64,000 nucleotides of DNA, taken from contig OX638161.1 in NCBI GenBank assembly GCA_951804945.1, forward strand, positions 49,414,001 through 49,478,000, in the 5' to 3' direction. Position numbers and translations under genes: made by a program. Below the pieces are notes generated by a model. The model was given only the letters and a program-made list of their open reading frames with translations, was not told the origin of the DNA and did no database searches. Position 1 is the stretch's first letter. Each line of letters opens with the position of its first letter. Positions 1 through 11,200 of the stretch are shown here, piece after piece. Origin of the DNA: Podarcis cretensis (taxonomy: Eukaryota).

Positions 1-452
1 ATAGAATGGGACTTGGAGCAGCAATGGAAATGATGCACCAAGACAGATAGATCATTTTAAACAAATATTAGTTCTTCTTCTGAAGAAGCTGTTGTTTGAA
101 GCACACATCATTATAACATATTGATTTTCCTCCCTCTCTAAGAAGCTTCTCTTATTGGGAAGAATTGCCATGGTATCAAAGGTTGTACAGCAGGTGGCTT
201 GTAGGTACTCCTCAGGAAATAATAGGCATGATCTCCCTTTTATTCACTGTTCAAATCTACCATTTATGTCAGTCTCTACAGGCAGCAGACCAAGTTTCAT
301 CTGGTTCACGCAGCACTATTTTTCTAGGAAAACAGGTGCCTAAACTCACCATGACCACCTCCCCCATTCTCTTAGAAAGTCAATTTTTACATTTTTTAAA
401 TGTATTGCATTATTTTGTGTATTTCTCTTATTTTTCATTGAAAATAGTATTA

Positions 453-678
453 CAGTGGTACCTCAGGTTACATACGCTTCACGTTACAGACTCCACTAAC
501 CCAGAAATAGTACCTCGGGTTAAGAACTTTGTTTCAGGATGAGAATAGAAATTGTGCGGCGGTGGCGTGGCTGCAGCGGGAGGCCCCATTAGCTAAAGTG
601 GTGCTTCAGGCTAAGAACAGTTTCAGGTTAAGAACGGACCTCCAGAACGAATTAAGTTCTTAACCCGAGGTACCATTG
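453..678. mobile_element. Tc1/mariner-type MITE (non-autonomous DNA transposon)
   Basis: Terminal inverted repeats CAGTGGTACCTCAGGTTA...TAACCCGAGGTACCATTG, flanked by TA on both sides (451-452, 679-680). A second family member is at 18210-18450. Confidence 0.8.
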
Positions 679-1027
679 TATATTTATTGAGAGTGAAATT
701 CTGTTTAGCTATTATTTACTGATATTTTGAAAGTTTATTTTATTCTATACTACTATATTCTAATGGATAACTGAACTTTATTTGATAGTGATCTTTTCTA
801 TTATCACTAAATTGTGTTACATCAGATTTTTATAAGATGTGTGATCTTTCTTGTATATTTTGTTGTTCTTCCAGCATGTAAACCACCTTGTGTATAGCAA
901 TGTAAAAATATGGTATCTAAAAGTAAAAGTAAAATGAAAATGAAATTATATCCTATTATTTGTATGAGCAACTGGTTGAGTGTGTGATCTGGCTAAGATC
1001 AGATGAAGGGGGAAGGTGAATGCTTAC

Positions 1028-1272
1028 TTTGGAACCTCAAACAACTCATGATTAGGGAGTGTACTGAAGAGTAGTTCATGGAAATGGTAGGAGATGTGAG
1101 AAGTTATCCCACCAATGATGAGGCTCCCGGGCTGGTACCACTCTTGTGGAACAGGCAGGGGATCATTCATGTGGCACTTCCTCGTATCTGCTTTACATTG
1201 TTTGGGAAGCTGAAGCAGCAGCAACAACACATGTAGACCCACCATCTTCATAGCAAACTTCCTCTCTAGCAT
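1028..1272 (-). CDS. V2R gene A, exon 1 only (signal peptide and N-terminus); the rest of the gene lies left of the window
   Basis: MLERKF..LLLLLQL..C...[13 protein letters not shown] is a typical V2R exon 1. 245 nt, phase-2 GTAAG donor at 1027. Protein identical to gene B exon 1. Confidence 0.85.
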
Positions 1273-1448
1273 TCTCTTGCTCCAGCATCCAGCCTTACAT
1301 TAATGCCTTACTTTGGGTGGTGCCTGACTCTGCCAATAAAGGAAAACAACACACTTATCTTCAGCGTCAGCAGAATTCGAGTGCCTCAGCAAGCTAGTAG
1401 AGACAACCAATACAGACTATACAGACTCCAAAGTCTTTTCTACAAAAT

Positions 1449-2816
1449 GGCAACACACATCACAGCTCAAACTGGCAGAACCTTACCTGCATCTTGTCAC
1501 TCATCAGTGACAGGAGGGTTATTTGTTTCCCATACCTAATTATGGAGATATTGCATTTACTAAATGTTGTTATTTTTTGAAACACCACTGGAGCTTTGGG
1601 CAGGTGAACTAATGACAGTAATTTGGACACCTGCAGGGGGAGATAACTTACCTCTGCAAAGTCACTCTGCCAGAAGCACTTCAGGTAGCAAACATATTTG
1701 TTCTCTACTTGAACCTGGCCACGAGAATGTTATGCTCCTCAAGGAGACAACAAATAGCTGATGCATCCCAGACTTCCAGGGAGGGAGAGCAAATTCATAC
1801 CCTAAAGTGTATCCAGACATTTCCATAATTGTGAAGGAAGCTCAGAGTATCAATGCTGAAATAATGACCACTGTCCAATCCCAGTTTTTTGACCCACACT
1901 AGATACAGCACTTGCCATGTAGTTTGGAATTGTTTTTTGTATTCTTGCTGTTAAACAAATAACTGTTAACTAGCTTATGAGAAAGCTGAAACAAGACTGT
2001 GGAGGCTTGAAAGTGTCAGGAGCTCGTCCTACACTCGATTAGGACCCTAGCAGAGACACATGCCCCACTGGCATGATCTCTCACTGGCAACACACATTGC
2101 AGCTCAAACTGGCAGAACCTTACCTGCATCTTGTCACTCATCAGTGACAGGAGACTTGCTTGTTTTCTGTATCTACTTATGGAGACAGAGTTTTTACTAA
2201 ATGTTGTTATTTTTTGTAACACCACTGGAGCTTTGGGCAGGTGAACAAATGACAGTAATTTGGACACCTGCAGGGGGAGATAGGTAACTTTTACTAAATG
2301 TTGTTCTTTTCTGAAAAACCACTGGAGCTTTGGGCAGGTGAACTAATGACAGTAATTTGGATAGCTGCAGGGGGAGCTAGGTAACTTACCTCTGCAATGT
2401 CACTGTGCCAGAAGCACTTTAGGTAGCAAACATATTTGCTCTCTACTTGAATCTGGCCATGAGAATGTTATGCAACACAAGGAGACCACAAATGAGTGAT
2501 GCATCCCAGACTTACAGGAAGGGCAAATTCATAGCCTAAAGTGAATCCACACATTTCCATAATTGTGAAGGAAGCTCAGAGTATCAATGCTGAAATAATG
2601 ACCACTGTCCAATCCCAGTTTTTTGACCCACACTAGATACAGCACTTGCCATGTAGTTTGGAATTGTTTTTTGTATTCTTGCTGTTAAACAAATAACTGT
2701 TAACTAGCTTATGAGAAAGCTGAAACAAGACTGTGGAGGCTTGAAAGTGTCAGGAGCTCGTCCTACACTCGATTAGGACCCTAGCAGAGACACATGTCCC
2801 ACTGGCATGATCTCTC
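1449..2816. repeat. Local tandem duplication upstream of gene A (unit 1 about 1449-2084, unit 2 about 2085-2816, with an internal ~95 bp repeat)
   Basis: About 1841-2082 is identical to 2575-2816 (offset 734). The block TTTACTAAATGTTG...GCAGGGGGAG occurs three times (~1556, ~2193, ~2290). Confidence 0.85.
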
Positions 2817-3202
2817 CCTCCTGGTCAATTGTTTGGGAGCTTCAAAAGCTTTCATCAGCCCTCTTCAGCCCAAACATCACAGCAACCAATGCCACCAGAT
2901 ATCGGCACACTTAGTGATCCACAGAGTCTTCGCAGCTTGCGTAACAGACTTCAGCAACTCAGCATTTTGGTTAATCTACTTTATTTACATATAAACACAC
3001 ATGGAGCACTGCAACAAGGCTCCCTCTCTCTCTGGCATCAGACAGCAAAGAGAAAGAACAAAGGACAATAGTCCCACTTCACAGAACACAGTAACACAAA
3101 CATCCTGTCTCCATCACTTCCCATTCTGTGGAGTCAAAACATAAACCGTCATGTGATAGACAAAAATCCCATGACTGCAATCATGGAGCAGGAATTCTAA
3201 CA
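2748..3202. mobile_element. Solo LTR-like element (455 bp); a truncated copy of its left end is at 2014-2082
   Basis: TG...CA ends (TGTCAGGA...TTCTAACA), 5-bp TSD GAAAG (2743-2747, 3203-3207). Absent from the paralogous site near 15720. Confidence 0.7.
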
Positions 3203-3564
3203 GAAAGCCCCCTTCCCCCCATATATCCTTCTTATTGAATATTGTTCCTGATTCACCTGCACCAAGTTTGCAGGGAGGTTAGATTGTATCTGGTCTTCAC
3301 TGAGCATTCATTCTGATTTGTTTGTGTGGAAATTATACAATAATTTGCATTCATTCTGATTTGGAATGGATGAGAAATTTGACACAGCTTTTATTTGAGC
3401 ACAAATATATGAAATCCCCTCTTTCTGAAGCAATAGGAGAACCAAAGTTCATGGAATTATCCTAATTTTGATGCAGTTCTCCAACAAATGACCCTAAAAT
3501 ATACATATTAGCAGAAATGGGTATAAAAATGAAAACAGTATTTGAAAACAACCCACACAAATTC

Positions 3565-4390
3565 AGCTGGATGGCTCAGTTGGTTAGAGTGTGGTGTTGA
3601 TTGATAATGCTAAGGTTGCAGGTTCAATCCCCACATGAGACAGCTGCATATTCCTGTATTACAGGGAGTGAGACTAAATGATTCTCGTTTGTTTGTTTTT
3701 TAAAAAATGATATATATTAGAAGTTTCAAAAATTACAAAAAAAAACAAAGCAAAAGAGAGAACAACAAAAAATTAGCAAAACATACATAACAGTACATCA
3801 AAAAAGAAAAAAAAAGAAAAAACACATAAAAACCAATACACCAATAACAATAAAAAAACACACACATCCAATATTCCATATCTCCATCCTTCATTTACTT
3901 GTTTCATCGACCTCCTCACACCTCCCTTTTTGTATTCTAGTTTAGTTATTTGTTTCAGCAAATTCTTTCCATCTTCCTCAATTTTTATTGAATAATTTGT
4001 CTTAACATTCTAACCTATTAGTTAACTCAGCAAATCCTTTCCATCTTTCACTATATTCTGTCATTCAATTTACCTTAATTTATTTTAACCTTATCTTTCT
4101 ATAAAATACCTTAAAGCTTAAAACTTAATATTTATTTGTACATAATTCCTTATATCATTTCTACTAAAGCCAAATATTTTCATTCCAACATTTTCCTAAT
4201 GCTCATTAATTTTACACTAATTCCCAATATAAGTAAAAAAAAAAAGTTCTTCCAATCTTCCTCCAGCGTCTCTTCTTCCTGGTCTCAGCTTATGTCAGTC
4301 CTTCCTGTCCGTTCCATCTAGTCCATCAACCTGGTGAGACTAAATGATTCTCAGGGTACCTTCCAACTCTTCAATTTTATCATTCTTTGA
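3565..4390 (+). mobile_element. tRNA-derived SINE with CR1-like tail, split by a nested insertion; uninterrupted paralog at about 16098-16255
   Basis: A box TGGCTCAGTTGG and B box GGTTCAATCC; tail CCTTCCAACTCT resumes after 4352. Confidence 0.65.
3687..4333 (-). mobile_element. 5'-truncated retroposon 3' end (L1-like), antisense
   Basis: 19-bp TSD GTGAGACTAAATGATTCTC (3668-3686, 4334-4352), T-rich start on the + strand, empty site in the paralog near 16200. The family call is inference. Confidence 0.65.
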
Positions 4391-5260
4391 ATGCATTATA
4401 TCATGGGAAATTGATGGCCAAAATATGTACATTATTCAAAACTGCACAAAAATATTTGCTTATTAGGAGAAATTTGCACTAAAATGCTGATGAATCTTCT
4501 GAAGGATTTAAGTGGGGAATCCAATTACTACAGAAATGTGAAGATCTGAATTTAAGGTTGGGAAATGATCATTCCGTTCCTAACCCTGATTTGACTGCAA
4601 GGTGCATATACATCTACCCATTAAAAATAGTTCATCCCATACTTTTTAGTCCCGCCCCCATTACTTTCCTATTAGAAGACAGTCCACTTTTTGTGGAATG
4701 GTTGCAATAGGGCAGCAGAACACTTTAATCCACTTGAAACGCAATACCTGAAGCTCTGCTATATGATGGAATAAATCCCAGATAATACTGACAGTACCCT
4801 GTACCCCCACGACAGTCTTGATAAACCCCTGGTATTCACTGTTGGAGGAAAGTCCTCATTGTTATTAACACATGCAGAACAGATAGTATATGTTGTATAA
4901 AACAGGCCTGCCATATGTCTGGAATTTCCCAGACGGCAACCCATGTTGATGTGAGTGTCGATTTTTGCGAATCTTTTTGTTTTCTTTCCTTTCCTTTTTG
5001 AGAATCAAAACAACTTTGAACTCAACAACTTTGGGTGACAATTTTACCCTCCGGAAACAAAGTGTCCAAATTTTCAGTTTTTGAAATATGGCAATTCTTT
5101 ATAATACCACAAGTGAGTTTGAATTGTTACTACAATAATGAAATTGATAAAAGATGAAGTGCTGTTTCATTTAATCTTAAGTGGCAACAACTATGAAATA
5201 ATGTTGAACAAATATCTCCAATACTCACATACCAACAATGAGAGTGTGGGGGAGAAAAAG

Positions 5261-8200
5261 TCACCAATCCTTTTTCCTTATTAGTTGCTTCCTGTTGTTC
5301 AAATGAGGTCTCAGGACAATGATGAAGCATTTAGGGGCAAAGATGCAGCCTAATAACCCAGCAGTGGAGGCCAAGATGGAGAAGATCTCCACAGCCACCA
5401 TGTATTTCCCCTTGGTGCTCAGGTAGGTTGGAACAAATGACAACCAAACACTGCAAAAAATCAACATGCTGAAGGTGATGAATTTGGCTTCATTGAAACT
5501 GTCTGGCAACTTCCTTGCCAGGAATGCCACAGTGAAGCTGATGATAGCCAGAACTCCAAGGTAGCCCAGAACAAGATAAAACATGATGACAGACCCTTCA
5601 TTACATTCCAATATGGTCTGCGTAGGTACTGACTGCATGTCCAAATTGGGGAGTGGGGGAGAAATTGCTAGCCACACTATACAGATGCCTGCTTGAATCC
5701 AAGAGCAGAAAAGGACAATGGAGTTGGCCAATGTTTTCCCCACCCACTTCCTCATGCTGGACCCTGGTTTGGTGGCCATGAAAGCTACAACCACAGTGAT
5801 TGTTTTTGCCAATACACATGAAACTGCTACAGAGAAGATGATTCCAAAGGAAGTTTGTCGGAGGCAGCAAGTCAACTTCTGAGGTCTTCCAATAAAAAGT
5901 AAAGATGAGAGGAAGCAGAGCAGGAGGGAGACCAGGAGAGTGTAGGTGATGTCCCGGTTGTTGGCTTTGACTATGGGAGTATCTTTGTGCTTAATAAAAG
6001 TTCCTAACACCACGGCTGTGATGAAGGAAAAAGAAATAGCAACCAAGGCTAAACTGATTCCTAGGGGTTCTTCATAAGACATAAAGACTGTCAGTTTTGG
6101 TATGCACCGATCTCTGGCCTTGCTTGCATACTGATCTTCTGGGCATTTGGCACAGTCATCCATGTCTGAAGCAAGAAAAAATGATTGTCACAGTGCTAAA
6201 AGTGCATATGAAATTTGCAAACAACTTAATGCCTCAAATGTTTTACAAATAATACTATAAAACAGCATTCATTTTTAAAATAAATACTAAAAAGGCCTTC
6301 AACAAACATGAAGAACAAGTCAACATAAAATAATAATCCAAATTATCTTATATCTGAACTGTGAAAAGCCAGGCAAATCTCTCTTGCCCAGCATTCAGAC
6401 ACTGTACTTGGAGCTACTCCCTCTATTGTCCCTACATTAAGTTATTTTTCAGAATGATTCTCCCCATATCAAGGTCCATGGGGAGGGTTGTGTGTGGTCA
6501 CACTGAGCAGCATGTAGGAAATAACCAGGCTATAATTTGTTTAATTTGATTAGGTTCTAGTTCGTGGTTTTTTTGTTGTTGTTTTTTTGGTAATAATTTT
6601 ATTGATGGAAACCTTTTTGAGGACATTAAAAAGATAGAAGAATAACAGACAGTGCAATAAAAAAATTGTCTAAACTTAAAAAAAATTGTTCCCCTGTCCC
6701 CTGAAAAAAGTTCATTCCCACTCATAATCAAACATATGGACTGAAAGCATCTAGAGGATTGGTAGGCAAACTAAGGCCTGGGGGCCGCATACGGCCCAAT
6801 CGCCTTCTAAATTTGGCCTGTGGACCGAATTTTTACATGAGTATAATGTGTTCTTTTATTTAAAATGCATCTCTGGGTTATTTGTGGGGCATAGGAATTC
6901 GCCCCCCCCCCAAAAAAAAATGTCCAGCCCACCACAAGGTCTGAGGGACAGTGGACAGGCCCCCTGCTGAAAAAGTTTGCTGACCCCTAATCTAGAGAGA
7001 CCTACCATTCTGGATGGAAATCTTTCCATCTGGACACAGGGTGCAACTGTAGCAGCAAAACTTCATTCCTTCCTTCTTTTTCTTCTGATAACCAGGACGG
7101 CAGGAGTCACTGCACACAGAGACAGGCATCACCTGCCCATTAAGGGGAAGGAAAGATTAGTAGAATGGGAGAAACTGACAATCTCTCTGTTTACTCTGTA
7201 AGCACATAATGAGCATGGAAGAATTCAGAACAGAGTACATTCAATATAAGCATGCCACAATGTGCCAAAACAGTCCTGAGCATCTAATGCATTATTTTTG
7301 CAGTCTTTTGTTTAGAACCACATTTCTCAGAATGGTTTAATAACCAATCATTCTTTCAAGGTAACTCTGGGAATTGTAACTCAGTAGGGAAAATAAGGCT
7401 CTCCTAACAACTCCCAGCATCCTTAACAAACTTCAGTACTTAAGATTTTGAGGGGGAAGCCATTTTGATTAAAGTGGTCTAATTGTGTTTTAAATATAAG
7501 GTGTAAATGTGGCTTGGTTACCAAATGGTGAAAACCTCCCAACAACAACAACAGCAAAGATTATTTTTTTCCTCAGAAGAAGCTGTTAATTTAGACATTT
7601 TCTTAAGAATGTTTCCCATCCAAGGGATGTTTCAGTACATATTGACATTAATCTTCCATCTGATCTATGTTACGAACACCGTTCCTTTGGGAGACAACAA
7701 TCATTTTGTATGTCTAACCAACATGGCAGAAGGCATAAATGGGACGCTTATCAAGAATCCAAACCTGGTTAAATCTCCTGTGCCACACAATTATATTTGT
7801 ATTAATGATGAACTCTTTTCCTTCCTGAAACTTGGCATCCACCCTTCCAACTTTGACTATCAGGAAGGATTTGTTTGGGAAAGTGACCATGTTCATTATG
7901 TCAAATCCACCTCTCCTCTCCCTGTTAACTTGAAAAAAGATTTCTTCTCCAGCTGAGTTATTAAACAAAATGCCTTCAAGAAATGGGTTCAGCTAGTTGA
8001 AGAAAAACAAGGGTGGTTAGAAATGGGATCAAAACCTATTGGAGTAAATATGATGTAAAATTTTGTTGACAAAATTGCTTATGTAGTTTCATCCTACGAA
8101 AAACCTGTCTAAAATATTGTTTATATTTAAGGCAAGAGAACCAGTATGCCATGGTTGTTATAGTTTAATTTGAATAATAGTATTGATGATGATGATGATT

Positions 8201-11200
8201 GAATAAAGTTGGAATATGCATTATTTTTCATATGCTCTTTATGTAAATGAGATTATTTCATTATGAATACACTACCTTCCAGGGCTGGAGATCTTGAAGA
8301 CTTTTGCCACTCATCATTGGACTGTGTTTGTATCTAGATGACTCTATAGCATGTAAAGCATGTGCCACAGCATAGACAGCATTATAGATACTGTAGCTGT
8401 GACCAGTCATGTGCATTTCAAATACAGATGAAGGAAGATTTTCCAACCTCTCCTCTCCAGTACAAGTTTCACCAACCTCTATCAGCTCCTGGGAGTCTGG
8501 AAATAAACAGTTAAATGCTTGCTCCCAGAAGTCCTTGAGAAAGCCATCTTCTTGATTCCAGCCAGGTTTTATGATCTGAAGAAATTCCTTGAATCCTTGA
8601 ATCTCAGCAGAGTGAATTGTGAAGGACAGGGCCCCTTCAAACAATTGAAAATCCCATCCATTCTGAAGGCCTGTTAATGTAAAATCCAGCTGGGCTGTCA
8701 TAACCCACACCTTTCCAAGTGATGTTCTTTCACTGTAGCTAGGAACAGCTATGAGCACATATGTATTCACCCATAGAATGGTCATAGAATCTCCATAGAT
8801 GACAAAGATACTGACTTTGCTCTCTGAGAATGCTAGATAATTAATAGAAGCTAATATGTAAAATGCATTGAAATTGGTTAAATCTTGTTGGTTGGTGATC
8901 CTTTGTGTGAAAGCTGAACAGATTCCATTCTGAGAAAGCAATGGCTCCAGGGTCTGTATGAATTGTTCTCCACTGTTATCATCCACAGCAAAGAGCCCAA
9001 TCCAGGTCCATCCAAAATGCTTCAGCAAGTTAATGATCCCAATGTACTGGTTTGCTTCACTTGGGACCATCCGGTAAAAGGAAGGCAATTGTCTGGTGTC
9101 ACTGTGCTCAGAGGTGAATGAACCATAAGTGAGCTGAAAGGTAAAATGCAAATATTTTAAGAGGAGTATCTGAGTCTGTTGACATCAAATGAGGAATGTT
9201 TATCAGGGCAGTGGAAAAGCTCCTTAACAAGACTATTGAAGATGATAAGAGAAATTTTGGGAGCAGGCCAATACTCTCTGAAACGTTGCTGAAATGTAGC
9301 CTGTGGGGATGTATTATTTAATGACTGGTATATGAGATATGCTGTGGCGAAGGGGCTTGAATAACTCAGAGAAGCTATGAACTATGCTGAGCAGGGCACC
9401 CAAGATGAACAGGTCATAGTGGAGAGTTTTGACCAAACGTGATCCACCTGAAGGAGGAACCAGCAAGCCACTCCAGTATCCCTGCCTAGAAAACTCCATC
9501 GACAAAGACAACAGGCATATAAAAGTTATGACGCTGGAAGATGAGCCCCTCAGGTCAGAAGGCATCCAACATGCTACTGAGGAAGAGTGGAGGACAAGTA
9601 CAAGTAGATTCAGAGCTGATGAAGCGGCTCGGCCAAAGCCGAAAGGACGCTCAGTTGCAGATATGCCTGGAAGCAAAAGGAAAGTCCAATGCTGTAAAGA
9701 AAAATATTGCATAGGAACCTGGAATGTAAGAACCATGAACCTTGGTAAGTTGGATGTGGTCAAAAATGAGATGGCAAGAATAAATATTGACATCCTAGGC
9801 ATCAGTGAACTAAAATGGATGGGAATGGGTGAATTCAGTTTGGATGACCATCATATCTACTACTTGCTTGCTCCCAGAAGTCCTTGAGAAAGCCATCTTC
9901 TTGATTACTGTGGGCAAGAAACCCGTAGAAGAAATGGGGTGGCCCTCATAGTCAACAAAAGAGTGGCAAAAGCTGTACTGGGATGCAATTTCAAAAATGA
10001 TAGAATGATCTCAATACAAATCCAAGGCAGACCTTTTAACATCACAGTAATCCAAGTTTATGCACCAACTACTGGTGCTGAAGAAACTGAAATTGACCAA
10101 TTCTATGAAGACTTACAACACCTTATAGAAGTGACACCAAAGAAGGATGTTCTTCTCATTATAGGGGATTGGAATGCTAAAGTAGGGAGTCAAGAGATAA
10201 AAGGAACAACTGGCAAGTTTGGCCTTGGAGATCAAAACGAAGCAGGGCAAAGGCTAATAGAGTTCTGTCAAGAGAACAAGCTGGTTATCACAAATACGCT
10301 TTTCCTACAACACAAGAGACGACCCTACACATGGACATCACCAGATGGGCAGCATCGAAATCAGATTGATTATATTCTCTGCAGCCAAAGATGGAGAAGC
10401 TCTATACAGTCAGCAACAACAAGACCTGGAGCTGACTGTGGCTCAGATCACCAGCTTCATATAGCAAAATTCAAGCTTAAACTGAAGAAAGTAGGAAAAG
10501 CCACTCGGCCAGTAAGATACAATCTAAATCAAATCCCTTATGAATACACAGTGGAAGTGAGGAACAGGTTTAAGGATTTAGATTTGGTGGACAGAGTGCC
10601 TGAAGAACTATGGATGGAGGCTCGCAACATTATACAGGAGGCAGCAACGAAAACCATCCCAATGAAAAGGAAATACAAGAAAGCAAAGTGGCTGTCCAAT
10701 GAGGCCTTACAAATAGTGGGGGAGAGAAGGCAAGCAAAATGCGAGGGAGATAGTGAAAGATACAGGAAATTGAATGCAGATTTCCCAAAAATAGCAAGGA
10801 GAGACAAGAAGGCCTTCTTAAACAAGCAATGCAAAGAAATAGAGAAAAACAACAGTATGGGAAGAACCAGAGATCTGTTCAAGAAAATTGGAGATATGAA
10901 AGGAACATTTCGTACAAAGATTACCATAATAAAGGACAAAAGTGGAAAGGACCTAACAGAAGCAGAGGACATCAAAAAGAGGTGGCAAGAATACACAGAG
11001 GAATTATACCAGAAAGATATGGACGGTAGTGTGGTTGCTGACCTTGAGCCAGACATCCTGGAGAGTGAAGTCAAATGGGCCTTAGAAAGCACTGCAAATA
11101 ACAAGGCCAGTGAAAGTGATGGTATTCCAGCTGAACTATTTATAATTTTAAAAGATGATGCTGTTAAGGTGCTACACTCAATATGCCAGCAAGTTTGGAA

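Noticed and set aside
1303-1761. Identical + strand ORFs (78 and 65 aa) repeated at 15021-15479
   Set aside because: Identity is explained by the conversion tract; the frames are not preserved in the gene D paralog region.
3565-3640. tRNA-like sequence (also ~16098-16170 and ~37323-37368)
   Set aside because: A and B boxes are present but no full cloverleaf is evident, and the sequence continues into SINE body or other sequence; these are SINE heads, not tRNA genes.
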